This document shows, piece after piece, positions 18,575-27,394 of a stretch of 42,236 bases of DNA. Position numbers and translations under genes: made by a program. The notes below the pieces were generated by a model. That model did not search any database. It was given only the letters and a program-made list of their open reading frames with translations, and was not told where the DNA came from. The stretch spans positions 1 through 42,236 of the forward strand of contig CAKSLR010000002.1 in NCBI GenBank assembly GCA_934467435.1, written 5' to 3'. Every line of letters starts with the position of its first letter. Within the stretch, counting starts at the first letter, position 1. Source of the stretch: an uncultured Eubacteriales bacterium. Lineage in GTDB: Bacteria > Bacillota > Clostridia > Oscillospirales > CAG-272.

Positions 18575-18602
18575 ATTATACCATATCTTGCGGAAATGTC
18601 AA
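18575..18602 (-). promoter_or_regulatory. Sigma-A type promoter (TTGACA-16-TATAAT) for nrdD
   Basis: On the minus strand, TTGACA is at 18602-18597 and TATAAT at 18580-18575. Confidence 0.65.
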
Positions 18603-18625
18603 CAGGGTTGCACTAGATATTGTAT
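18578..18625 (-). promoter_or_regulatory. Two candidate NrdR boxes (18578-18593 and 18610-18625)
   Basis: The minus-strand sequences ccgCAAgATATgGtat and ataCAATATcTAGTGc match the 16-bp NrdR consensus acaCwAtATaTwGtgt at 11/16 and 13/16 positions. They are 32 bp apart centre to centre. One overlaps the spacer and -10, and the other lies upstream of the -35. Confidence 0.5.
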
Positions 18626-18697
18626 GCTCAATTTCAACAAACTTTCCGTTTCGTTTTTGGTGAAAACGTCTATTTTTGTTTTTTTCGGGGGTTGCGC

Positions 18698-18727
18698 TTG
18701 ACAAAAAAGCACCTGACGTGTTATAAT
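18698..18727 (+). promoter_or_regulatory. Sigma-A type promoter (TTGACA-18-TATAAT, TGn-extended) for rnc
   Basis: TTGACA 18698-18703, TATAAT 18722-18727, preceded by tgt. Confidence 0.6.
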
Positions 18728-18816
18728 GCAAATAGCAAGGTTGTACCTTTTTTCGGTACTTTTTTCTCGGATTTCGGCTCCTTTCCCGGGGGCTTTTTTT
18801 ATCGGTGAGGCGGCAC

Positions 18817-19563
18817 ATGGAGTTTGATTGCGCAATTGAAGAAATTGAACATACCATCGGTTACACGTTCCGCGACCGCAGTCTGCTTCGGCAGGCATTT
18901 ACGCGGAAATCCTACTGCAACGAAGCGCACCAGGCGGGCAGGTGCGAGGTTGAGAGCAATGAGGTGTTAGAGTTCTGCGGTGACAGCGTGCTCAGCGCCG
19001 CCATCATCACCATTCTGATGGAGCGCTGCTCGCGCCGCTCCCCCATCGGGCTTTCCACCGCGCTGGACGAGGGCGGTTTTACCGTCATCAAAAGCAACCT
19101 GACGAACAAATCCATGCTCAGCAGCAAAATGGCGGAGATGGGGCTGGAGCGTTACCTTCTTGTCGGGCGGGGAGACGAAAAGCGCGACATCCGCCACCAA
19201 CCGTCGGTGATGGAGGATCTGTTTGAAAGCATCATCGGCGCGGTGTATTTTGACAGCGGTAAAGATCTTTCGGTGGTAATCCGTATGGTGGGGCGGCTGT
19301 TGGATACCGACGCCTACCTCCGGCAGAATGCCGTGCGGCAGGCGGCAAGCCCGTACAATGCCCTGCAGGAGTGGTGCCAGGCAAAAAAAATTCCGTTTTC
19401 TTTCACCGAACTCGGCTGCCGCGGGCCGGAGCATGACTGCGTTTATACCTTCCGTTGTGATGCGGGAGAGAACGTGAGCGCCACGGGGGAAGGGCGCAGT
19501 CGCGCCAAAGCCAAGGCGGCTGCCGCCGCGGCCGTGCTGCCGCTTCTGACCGAAAAAGAATAA
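18817..19563 (+). CDS. rnc: Ribonuclease III
   Basis: RNase III signature NEVLEFCGDSVL and second acidic motif EDLFESIIGAVYFD. C-terminal dsRBD (PYNALQEWCQ..GPEHDCVYTF..GEGRSRAKAKAAAA). ATG 18817 is preferred over GTG 18805. Confidence 0.8.
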   Translation: MEFDCAIEEIEHTIGYTFRDRSLLRQAFTRKSYCNEAHQAGRCEVESNEVLEFCGDSVLSAAIITILMERCSRRSPIGLSTALDEGGFTVIKSNLTNKSMLSSKMAEMGLERYLLVGRGDEKRDIRHQPSVMEDLFESIIGAVYFDSGKDLSVVIRMVGRLLDTDAYLRQNAVRQAASPYNALQEWCQAKKIPFSFTELGCRGPEHDCVYTFRCDAGENVSATGEGRSRAKAKAAAAAAVLPLLTEKE

Positions 19564-19601
19564 AAAAACCGGGTTCCGCCCACGCGGAACCCGGTTTTTT
19601 T
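19562..19601. terminator. Bidirectional terminator between rnc and the araC-family gene
   Basis: aaaaaaa-ccgggttccgc-ccac-gcggaacccgg-ttttttt. Confidence 0.85.
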
Positions 19602-20331
19602 ATTTTTGGTGCGCACGGGCATAGGCACGGGGGCTTTGCCCCGTCACTTTCCGGAACACGCGGGAAAAATATACCGGGTCGGCATACCCGCATTGCTCTG
19701 CCAGTTCCCCCACACGGAAGCACCTGCCGTAAATCTCCATCCGGCGGCAGGCTGCCCTCACGCGCACTTCCTGCAAAAACGAAAGCGGCGTTTTTCCCGT
19801 CAGGCGGCGGAAACAGGCGCGCACATAGTCCTCGGCATACCCGCTTGCCCGCAGGGCTGCCGCCATATCGAAATCGGGGCGAAGCCCCTCGGTCGAGGCA
19901 AGGGCAACCACGCGCCGCACCGCCTGTTCCGCCGCGCTCCCTTCCCCCCGCTGCCGCAGGAGGGAAAGGGTGTAGGCGGTCACGAGGGAGGAAAGGTAGG
20001 CATCCCCGAAGAAACGGTTTTCGTAAATCATGCGGGCAAGCGCGCGGCTGTCCTCCGATGCGGCGGTTATCACCGTAATCTCCCGCGGCAAAAGCCCGCC
20101 CTCCGGCACGCCGACCGAAATGTTGCAAAATCCGTCCGCCGCGGCGGAACCGTGAAGAACCCCGACCGGCACCAGAATCGCGCAGCCGGGGGAAAAGGGA
20201 TAATCGCCCCGGTCGGTGTGCAGCACGCCGTTCCCGCGCTCGTAAAGCATAATCTCGCAAAAATCGTGCCGGTGCAGGGGGTAGCGCGTCACCCCCGCCG
20301 CCGTTTTGCCGATATACTGCTCGCTTCGCAT
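19600..20331 (-). CDS. AraC-family transcriptional regulator (cupin sensor + HTH)
   Basis: N-terminal cupin (YPLHRHDFCEIMLYERG..LHG) and C-terminal AraC HTH (..GYADPVYFSRVFRKVTGQSPRAY). ATG 20331 has GAGG 5 nt upstream. ATG 20352 is an alternative start. Confidence 0.8.
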   Translation of the reverse strand: MRSEQYIGKTAAGVTRYPLHRHDFCEIMLYERGNGVLHTDRGDYPFSPGCAILVPVGVLHGSAAADGFCNISVGVPEGGLLPREITVITAASEDSRALARMIYENRFFGDAYLSSLVTAYTLSLLRQRGEGSAAEQAVRRVVALASTEGLRPDFDMAAALRASGYAEDYVRACFRRLTGKTPLSFLQEVRVRAACRRMEIYGRCFRVGELAEQCGYADPVYFSRVFRKVTGQSPRAYARAHQK

Positions 20332-20443
20332 AAAAACCTCATTTCGCAACATCTATCTTTTGTTCGGATTTTTGCCGATAACGTAATAAAAAAATATCCT
20401 TTTCCGTGGTATGATGAAGAAAAACGAAAAAGGAGAACCACCC

Positions 20444-21538
20444 ATGGCACCGATTGCCAATTTTGCCCGCGGCATGGGCATCGGCGGCTGGCTGACCAAC
20501 TACAAACGCTTTCACGTTCTGCCGGAGTACCGCCGCATGACCCTGACGACCGGGGACTTTGAACACTTCCGAACCTACATCACCGAGCGCGATATCGCCT
20601 ATATCGCCTCGCTCGGCATGGATCACATCCGCCTTGGTTTTGACCAGATTGTGCTGGAGAGCGCCGCCGGCGTTTATCGGGAAGAGATGTTTGCCCTGCT
20701 GCGCGATTTTGTGACCTGGTGCCGCCGCGCGGGAGTGCGGGCGGTGCTGAACCTGCACAAAGCCATCGGCAATGATTGTGACATTGCGGAACCGGTGCAC
20801 CTGCTGGACGATGAAGCGCTTCAGGCACGGTTTGTCGCGCTCTGGGAGCAGATCGAAGACCGGTTTGCCGATGCGCCGGAAGTGGCGTTTGAATTGCTGA
20901 ACGAAGTGCGGGACGGGGATTCCTGCAAGTGGAACGCGCTGGCAGCCCGCACCCTTGCCGCCCTGCGGAAAAAGAACCCACGCCGCACCGTCATCATCGG
21001 CAGCACCTGCTGGAACTCGGTGCATACGTTAAAAGACCTGGCGGTAACGGACGACCCCTGCGTGATTTACACGTTTCATACCTATGACCCGTTTTCTTTT
21101 ACGCACCAACAGGGAGTTTTGCAGGAGGGACCGCTGTTTTACAACCGGCAGATGCCCTGGCCCGGAGACATTGCCCGTTACCGCGACTATGAAAAAGTGG
21201 TAAACGGCAACGAAAACGCCTACACGGGTTACACCGTAATGGATCGCGCTTATCTGCACGACAGCCTGCGCCCTGCCCTCGCTTTCAAAAAGGAGCACCC
21301 GAGCGCGGTTCTTTGGTGCGGGGAGTTCGGCACCATCCGCCACTGCCCAATCGTCTATCGGGAAAACTGGATGCGGGATGTGATTGCCTTCTGCCTTGCC
21401 CACCGCATTCCCTACTGCTGCTGGAACTACCTCAGCACGCCGAATGACGGCAACCGCTTCAGCCTGGTGGATGACGACACAAGAACCATTCTCAGCCCGC
21501 GCCTTTCGCACATTCTGCGCGGGGAGCTTGACGCATGA
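20444..21538 (+). CDS. Glycoside hydrolase family 5 (cellulase/mannanase-like), no signal peptide
   Basis: GH5 hallmarks: DHIRLGF, acid/base FELLNEV, nucleophile WCGEFG. AAAGGAG RBS lies before ATG 20444. Confidence 0.7.
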   Translation: MAPIANFARGMGIGGWLTNYKRFHVLPEYRRMTLTTGDFEHFRTYITERDIAYIASLGMDHIRLGFDQIVLESAAGVYREEMFALLRDFVTWCRRAGVRAVLNLHKAIGNDCDIAEPVHLLDDEALQARFVALWEQIEDRFADAPEVAFELLNEVRDGDSCKWNALAARTLAALRKKNPRRTVIIGSTCWNSVHTLKDLAVTDDPCVIYTFHTYDPFSFTHQQGVLQEGPLFYNRQMPWPGDIARYRDYEKVVNGNENAYTGYTVMDRAYLHDSLRPALAFKKEHPSAVLWCGEFGTIRHCPIVYRENWMRDVIAFCLAHRIPYCCWNYLSTPNDGNRFSLVDDDTRTILSPRLSHILRGELDA

Positions 21539-21687
21539 GTGCGGAAACCGCCCTTCTTCTCTTCCTTTCGGTGTCAGCTTCCACGGCACGGGGCGCACTC
21601 TCCAAAAAGCCGGGAAGTTCCTTCGCGGGGCGGCGGGTGCTTGCCATTGCGCTCGGTCTGCTTTCGGTGCTTCCGTTTTCGCTTTGA
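21535..21687 (+). CDS. 50-aa two-TM micro-ORF translationally coupled to GH5 (possible truncated EamA/DMT-like remnant)
   Basis: ATGA overlap with the GH5 stop. Translation: MSAETALLLFLSVSASTARGALSKKPGSSFAGRRVLAIALGLLSVLPFSL. It ends just before terminator 21692-21725 and falls below the ORF-track size cut-off. Confidence 0.3.
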   Translation: MSAETALLLFLSVSASTARGALSKKPGSSFAGRRVLAIALGLLSVLPFSL

Positions 21688-21691
21688 AAAA

Positions 21692-21725
21692 CCACGCCCC
21701 GCCATCCGGCGGGGCGTGGTTTTTC
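21692..21725. terminator. Bidirectional terminator between the GH5 unit and the DUF4091-like gene
   Basis: aaaaa-ccacgccccgcc-atcc-ggcggggcgtgg-ttttt. Confidence 0.85.
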
Positions 21726-21748
21726 GGGTGCGTCAGTCCATACTCCGA

Positions 21749-23413
21749 TCACGCCCGGCGGGAGTCATTGTTTTTCACATGGGCAGCAAGGCGGGCACCG
21801 AGGTGCCAGGTCAGGCGGTCAAGCCACCCCTGCGTTCTCGGATACTCGGTAATACCGCGCACCCCTTCTTCGTCAAGGAACGCAAGCGCCGCTTCTCTGC
21901 CCTCATACTCTTCCAGCATATACAGCATACGCGAAAGACGCATGGCTTCTCCCATGGCAAACAGCCGCAGGGAGGGATTGGCGGAGAAACCGGGGTGATC
22001 GGGATACACAAGGAACGGATCCCCCGCGGTGAACATACCCTCCCCGTCCGTGGTGATATACGGATTGATCGGGCGGCGGGAGAGGTAGGAATTATAGAAA
22101 TTGAAGCCCCAATGGAGGAACAGATCCATATTGTACCGATACAGAACAAACCCGAGTTGCGCGGTGCGTGAGAGCGGCTGGGAGAGGAAGCGGTTGGTAA
22201 AATACCCCGCCGTCGGACCGCAGCAATAGTAAGTACACAAAGGACGCACGCCCGCATCGATATACTTCTGCACCGTAGCGATGGAACAGACACTGTATTC
22301 CCGGTCGGTCTTGCCGACAAAATCCAAACTGGAGCAGGCGTCAATCGTACGGCAGTTGCCGATGTGCTGCATAATCAGTTCCTTGCAGGCGGTGTAATGG
22401 GCAAGCTGCTCTTCATTCGGTTCGTCCGAGACGTGGAAGAAGGTAATATCCTCCACCCCGAGTTCGCACAGATCCGCATGCAGGGCATCCAGCATCTGGG
22501 CAAGGAAATTGCGGTAATCGTCCGAGAGCGCATCGGTCTGCCAGCCGAAACGATGGCGGATTCTGCCGCCCGCATCATGCACCAGCACCTTCGGCGCGTG
22601 CTCTGCCCCCCACTGCGAGAAGCAGGGCGGCATTTCGAGGTATTTCATGCCGCGGCTGAGCACAAAGCGGACAAAGCGGTTGAACTCGGAGAAATCAAAC
22701 ACGAATTTGCCCGGCTCCGGTTCCCGGATGTCGAGAAGCTGCGTGCTGAGGCGCTCTCTGCCCACCTGCGTATCGAACGCGGGGGTGATGAGCGGCACAA
22801 GAATCATATTCTGCCCGCCGATTTTGGCGGCATCCAGATAATTGCCGAGCAGGCGATAGAATTCAATGGTAAAGGGTTTGACGTGGTGCTGGTTGAGAAA
22901 ACTGTCATAATGCATCCAGGTGGTAAGAATGCACTTCTGCGCCGGCAGGGGCGCGGGAATTTTCACCAGCGTAAAGTCGGCAAAGCCCATTTTCTTTCCG
23001 TCTTCATAGAACCGCACACCCATGGAATGGGTGCCGGGCTGAATCCGTTCATCGTCATGAATGGTAATGAAAAAGGTCTGATTGGTCTTGGTGGAATTGT
23101 GCAGGTACCGGCGGTCGATCTTTTCCAGCACATCGGGGTAGAGATGGTCGTCCCGGATCACATACCCGTCATCATGATATTCCGCCACATCCATCACAGC
23201 CGGCACCAGCCCCACGCGGCGGACGGTCATACGCGGACCGATATCGCGGGGGAAGAAGCGCAGCATCCCGTTGTAGTAAGGCTGATCCGACCACAGGTTG
23301 ACCTGAAAACTGACCTCGCCCCCCTCAAAGAGATAAATCGGCAAACGCATTTCCGGCGGGTCGCCCGTCAAAAACACCTTTTCATTGGCACTGACAACGG
23401 TCAGTGAAATCAT
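21749..23413 (-). CDS. DUF4091-like glycoside-hydrolase-associated protein
   Basis: 554 aa. The N-terminus (VVSANEKVFLTGDP..GGEVSFQVNLW) resembles the SSLEKVF..GE..SFQ start I associate with DUF4091 proteins. GGAGGA RBS present. Adjacent to GH5 and AraC genes. Confidence 0.5.
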   Translation of the reverse strand: MISLTVVSANEKVFLTGDPPEMRLPIYLFEGGEVSFQVNLWSDQPYYNGMLRFFPRDIGPRMTVRRVGLVPAVMDVAEYHDDGYVIRDDHLYPDVLEKIDRRYLHNSTKTNQTFFITIHDDERIQPGTHSMGVRFYEDGKKMGFADFTLVKIPAPLPAQKCILTTWMHYDSFLNQHHVKPFTIEFYRLLGNYLDAAKIGGQNMILVPLITPAFDTQVGRERLSTQLLDIREPEPGKFVFDFSEFNRFVRFVLSRGMKYLEMPPCFSQWGAEHAPKVLVHDAGGRIRHRFGWQTDALSDDYRNFLAQMLDALHADLCELGVEDITFFHVSDEPNEEQLAHYTACKELIMQHIGNCRTIDACSSLDFVGKTDREYSVCSIATVQKYIDAGVRPLCTYYCCGPTAGYFTNRFLSQPLSRTAQLGFVLYRYNMDLFLHWGFNFYNSYLSRRPINPYITTDGEGMFTAGDPFLVYPDHPGFSANPSLRLFAMGEAMRLSRMLYMLEEYEGREAALAFLDEEGVRGITEYPRTQGWLDRLTWHLGARLAAHVKNNDSRRA

Positions 23414-23534
23414 ATTCTTTTCCTCCTGCGGTTTATTTGCAAATTTTTGCGGTTTTTTGCTTTTTACTCCTCTATTATAGGAGTTTGTGTCGGAATTGTA
23501 TTTGCACGATGCGGCGATTTTTTTGGATTATCTG

Positions 23535-24398
23535 TCATTTGGAAAGGATTTCAAATCCCGTCTCGGTCATGAGAATCATATGCTCCACCTGAGCGGATAA
23601 GCGGTGATCCGACGTGCGCACCGTCCAGCCGTCCCGCCGGTCGATCGTAAAATACCGCCCGCCCTGATTGATCATCGGCTCAATGGTAAACACCATGCCG
23701 GGAAACAGGAGCACCCCCTCTCCCTTTTTGCCGATATGGGCAACAAACGGGTCTTCATGCATGGAGAGCCCCACGCCGTGCCCGCCGATCTCCCGCACTA
23801 CCGTATAACCCCGGTTGTGTACCAGTGTGGCGATGGCATAGCCGATATCCCCGAGGTGGGCGGTATAGGGGGCAAGGCACGCCTCCGCCGTGCAGACCGC
23901 TTCCTTCGCCGTATCGACCAGTTTTTTTGCCGCCTCGCTCACCGTACCAACGCAGAACATCCGGGAGGCATCCCCCACATAACCGCGATAGGTGGTGGTG
24001 CAATCCACATTGACAATATCCCCCTCCCGCAAAACGACATCGGGCGAAGGAATCCCGTGGCAGACCACATCGTTGACCGAAGTGCATACGCTTTTCGGAA
24101 ACCCCTCAAAACCGAGGCAGGTGGGCGTTCCGCCGAGGGCGCTGGTCTCCCGCTCCACCACGGCATCGATCTCCTCGGTGGTGATGCCGGGGGCAACGAT
24201 TTTTTCCACCGCATCCAGCACTGCCGCATTCACGGCGCCCGCCTCCCGGATGCCCGCAATCTGCCCGGGGGTCTTCAGCCACTTGCGCGGCGGCACCCGC
24301 TGCCCTTTTGCCCGCAGGGCATTCCACATGGCTTCCCGCGCGATGGGTGCCGTTTTCTGCTCTTCCGATTCTGTCTGATGAAATTCTCCCATCATCAT
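23535..24398 (-). CDS. map: Type I methionine aminopeptidase with short N-terminal extension
   Basis: Metal ligands and motifs present (CHGIP, DIVNVD, GDASRMF, GHGVG, FTIEPM, QVEHMI). GGGAGGAGGG RBS lies before ATG 24398. Confidence 0.9.
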   Translation of the reverse strand: MMMGEFHQTESEEQKTAPIAREAMWNALRAKGQRVPPRKWLKTPGQIAGIREAGAVNAAVLDAVEKIVAPGITTEEIDAVVERETSALGGTPTCLGFEGFPKSVCTSVNDVVCHGIPSPDVVLREGDIVNVDCTTTYRGYVGDASRMFCVGTVSEAAKKLVDTAKEAVCTAEACLAPYTAHLGDIGYAIATLVHNRGYTVVREIGGHGVGLSMHEDPFVAHIGKKGEGVLLFPGMVFTIEPMINQGGRYFTIDRRDGWTVRTSDHRLSAQVEHMILMTETGFEILSK

Positions 24399-24514
24399 AC
24401 CCTCCTCCCGGTATTTCCGGGAGATATTATAGTCTTCCTGTCCGAAAAAGTCAAGGACGGGGGAATGGGGGCGAACGGTTTTTCGCAGTTTTCCACAACA
24501 AAGAGGAATATTTC

Positions 24515-24543
24515 TTGACAATACCCCAAAAATGTGCTACCAT
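24515..24543 (+). promoter_or_regulatory. Sigma-A type promoter (TTGACA-17-TACCAT) for the 24.6-27.8 kb operon
   Basis: TTGACA 24515-24520, TACCAT 24538-24543. Confidence 0.55.
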
Positions 24544-24596
24544 AAAGTGAATTGACACGGGACTGCTGCGCGGTCCGGCGAAGGGAGTTGTTTGTT

Positions 24597-26801
24597 TTGC
24601 AGTTTCATCCGCAATGGTTTTTGCTGGTTCTGCTTTTCGGCTGTATGGCGCTTGCCGGCTTTTTTGCTACGGGGCACCGCCTGCGCCGGAACGCCATTCG
24701 GCTTGCCCAGGTACCGCTTGCGTTCCTGCTTGCCTTTCTTCTGCACCGAGGCGGCATTTTTGCCGGCGTAACGGAAGAGTTTTTCCATCAGATTACGGTG
24801 GAAGGAAAGAGCCTTGCCGAATTTCTCGGCGATTTTTCCGCCCTGTCGGCGGAGGCGGTGCGGGCGATTCTGAACGTCACACTGGCGGCACTTTTGTTCG
24901 GACTTTTATTTCTCTTTCTTCTCCTTGCCCTGCGGTTTCTCTTTTTCATTCTTTCGCTTTGTATTCCGCCGCTTTACGGAAGGCGCAGTGAGGCGCCCGC
25001 GCCCGTCTGGCACCACGCGCTTTCGTTTCTTTGCGGGGCGGCTTCCTGGTTCCTGATCCTGGGCGTTCTGCTGACCCCGTTCTTTTTCTTCTCCGGCATT
25101 GCTGCCGCTGCCGAACTGCCCGCAGGGGAGGGAGAGGGCAGCGCGGTATATGAGACGATTACCATTGTGGAAGAAAACTACGTAGCCCCGTTTGAAGATG
25201 CCACGGTGGTGCGTCTTTACACCGCCACCGGGGTACGGGGGCTTGTGTGCCGCGCCGTTGCCGACGGGAAGGGTTGCGGCATCCGGGATGCGGAGGGAAA
25301 CACCGCCCCGATTTCCGATACGCTGCGGGCGCTGGTTTCGGCATTTGCCAAAGGCAGCGCGGGCACCGAACAGGCGCTCCTCGGCACGGCGGAAGGAAAT
25401 GAAAAGGGCGCCGTGCTTCTCGACGGCGCGCTGACCGACATTTCGGGGGACCGTGTGCTGCCGGCGCTGACGGCAGACCTGCTTCGCACCTATCTGCAAG
25501 GTGCCGATACCGAAAACGAATTTCTTCTTCTCCTGCGGGATACCTACGGAGATGCCGATGCCGCGCAGATTGCGGGCGATATCCGCTCCCTCTCTCCCGT
25601 GCTGCACGCCGCCATTGCGGCGGATCTGCCGCGCAAGTGGGTAAACGGTACGCCGAAGGCGGAAGAAATTCTTTCTTCCTTTGCTGACCGCGCCGTAGCG
25701 CGTGATCTGCTGGACGGGCTTTCGGGGCTCTCCTTCTTCCTCCCGCTGATGCAGCGCCTGGCGCCGCGCGGAGTGGAAATGCTGGCGGGCGCGCTGGATA
25801 TTCCGAAGGACACGGCGGACCTTGCCCGCCGCCTGGATGCCGCGCTCTCTGGCGCGTTCAACGACCGCTCGATCGGGGCGGTGGATTATGACGACCTTGA
25901 CCGTAAAATGGCACAGGCGGCCAAAGACGGTGTGATTCTGCTGCCCGTGGACGGAATCGGGGTCGGCGATGCCCTGCCCTCCGGGTGGGAGACCGCAAGG
26001 CAGAACTGCAAGCGGCATTTTGCCCGAGTGGAAAAACTGGTTTCCGTTCTGGTTTCCTACGGCTTTGCCGATGCCGACCTGACAAGCGACCCCCTCCCCT
26101 ATCTGACCGGGGACGGTGCGGTTTACCTGTTTGACGTCGCCACGGGCTGCTGGCACCTGCGTACCGAAGCGGACGACACGATCCGCCCGTTTTACCTGCT
26201 TGCCGACCGGCTTGCCCGCAAGACAAACGCCTTCCTTTATGAAGATGCCCTCGCGGACGCCGTTTCGGAAGAAGCCATTTCCCTTTGGCTGATGAGCACG
26301 CCCGGGGCGCTTGCAGACAACGCCGCCCTGACCGCGAAAGAAAAAGCGGGGGTCGGCACGCTGTGTGCGGCGGTGAAAGATCGGAACTTCCCTGCCGCCA
26401 AAATCACGCAGGAAACACTTTGCGGAAGCCTGGATTTCTCTCCGCTGTCGGAAGAAGACGGGCGGCAGAAGGAACTGGATGCCTTTGCCGTGCTCTTCTC
26501 CGATGCGGCAGGGCTTTCCTCCCTCCTTGCGGAAGGGGATGCGATGACCGAACGGGAGATTGTGGAACAGTTTGACCGCATTGGCGCGCTGTTTGACGAT
26601 CTGCACGCAACGAAAAGCCTTGCCCCCCTCTCGCGTAACCTTTTGCGGGCACTGGAAGGGAACGAAACCTACGGTGCCTACCTTGCCTCTTTTGATGTGG
26701 AAAGCGTAATTGCCGATGTAGATGCCGGCAACACCACCTACCGTGAATTTTTCACGACCCTCAAGAACCTGATCCTGATGATGTGGGATCTGGTTGCCTG
26801 A
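24597..26801 (+). CDS. Large polytopic membrane protein of unknown function (about 735 aa; N-terminus tentatively CvpA-like)
   Basis: Coding-like ORF. AAGGGAG lies 8 nt before TTG 24597, and the track start TTG 24552 is an alternative. About 5 hydrophobic helices lie in the first 190 aa (WFLLVLLFGCMALAGFFATGHRLRRNAIRLAQVPLAFLLAFLL resembles the CvpA pattern). An Ala/Leu/Asp-rich domain of about 550 aa follows, with no motif I recognise. Confidence 0.6.
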   Translation: MQFHPQWFLLVLLFGCMALAGFFATGHRLRRNAIRLAQVPLAFLLAFLLHRGGIFAGVTEEFFHQITVEGKSLAEFLGDFSALSAEAVRAILNVTLAALLFGLLFLFLLLALRFLFFILSLCIPPLYGRRSEAPAPVWHHALSFLCGAASWFLILGVLLTPFFFFSGIAAAAELPAGEGEGSAVYETITIVEENYVAPFEDATVVRLYTATGVRGLVCRAVADGKGCGIRDAEGNTAPISDTLRALVSAFAKGSAGTEQALLGTAEGNEKGAVLLDGALTDISGDRVLPALTADLLRTYLQGADTENEFLLLLRDTYGDADAAQIAGDIRSLSPVLHAAIAADLPRKWVNGTPKAEEILSSFADRAVARDLLDGLSGLSFFLPLMQRLAPRGVEMLAGALDIPKDTADLARRLDAALSGAFNDRSIGAVDYDDLDRKMAQAAKDGVILLPVDGIGVGDALPSGWETARQNCKRHFARVEKLVSVLVSYGFADADLTSDPLPYLTGDGAVYLFDVATGCWHLRTEADDTIRPFYLLADRLARKTNAFLYEDALADAVSEEAISLWLMSTPGALADNAALTAKEKAGVGTLCAAVKDRNFPAAKITQETLCGSLDFSPLSEEDGRQKELDAFAVLFSDAAGLSSLLAEGDAMTEREIVEQFDRIGALFDDLHATKSLAPLSRNLLRALEGNETYGAYLASFDVESVIADVDAGNTTYREFFTTLKNLILMMWDLVA

Positions 26802-26825
26802 CCGTTTTCAAAAAGGAGATCTCTC

Positions 26826-27251
26826 ATGAATCGTACCACCCGTACTCTGATTTCCCTTTCATCTCTTCTTTTGATTTTTGTGCTGCTGGTCGGCAGTTTC
26901 ACCATGGGGCTTTCGTTTGAAGAACTGCACTTTCCCGAAATCCGTTTCGGTGCGGGAAACGGTGGGGATGCCGAACAAAACACCTATACCCTTCAGGTAA
27001 CCGCCGGGGATGGCGGACGCGTCAACACCGCGGGCGGCGAATACCCTGCCGGGGAGGAAGTATCCCTCTCCGCCACCCCCGATGACGGCTATGTGTTCAA
27101 CGGCTGGTTTGACGCGCACGGCAGTTATCTTTCCATCAGCCCGGACTATACGGTTACCGTAGTCAAAAACACCCGCGTGCAGGCCGCCTTTGCCAAGGCG
27201 CCGAAGGACATGACGGCGAAGAGCACGTCGGAAGAAACCTTTTCCGGCTGA
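26826..27251 (+). CDS. Membrane-anchored protein with InlB-B-repeat-like (bacterial repeat) domain
   Basis: AAAGGAG RBS and an N-terminal TM helix. YTLQVTAGDGGRVNTAGGEYPAGEEVSLSATPDDGYVFNGWFD fits the divergent InlB B-repeat pattern. The ORF ends at TGA 27249-27251. Confidence 0.55.
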   Translation: MNRTTRTLISLSSLLLIFVLLVGSFTMGLSFEELHFPEIRFGAGNGGDAEQNTYTLQVTAGDGGRVNTAGGEYPAGEEVSLSATPDDGYVFNGWFDAHGSYLSISPDYTVTVVKNTRVQAAFAKAPKDMTAKSTSEETFSG

Positions 27252-27394
27252 ACGCCCGATTTCTCTTTTCCCCTGCGCTGTGACCGCCCCGACGCGGAAG
27301 ATGACATCCGAAAAACCTCATCATCACCGACCCCTATCTTGCCGCCCTGCTCGGCAAGGCGGAAACCGATGATACCGTAAAAGTCCCCTACCGC

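Noticed and set aside
21539-22171. 210-aa ORF on the plus strand after GH5.
   Set aside because: It lies antisense to the well-supported DUF4091-like gene, spans a strong terminator and has junk-like composition.
24489-24497. Single exact TTTTCCACA box between map and the unknown operon promoter.
   Set aside because: One isolated 9-mer is compatible with chance in a window of this size. It is mentioned only as context for the cluster at 33.6 kb.
6434-27251. The idea that the in-frame TAA in dxs and the TGA at 27249 reflect an alternative genetic code.
   Set aside because: Other genes in the window terminate at TAA, TGA or TAG at exactly the lengths expected for their families (lepA, tgt, mutS, znuC and others). 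Reassignment of either codon is therefore not supported.
27249-27300. Selenocysteine at TGA 27249.
   Set aside because: I see no convincing SECIS-like hairpin immediately downstream, only a 4-bp ccgc/gcgg pairing. There is no redox-motif context. A frameshift is additionally needed 60 nt later.
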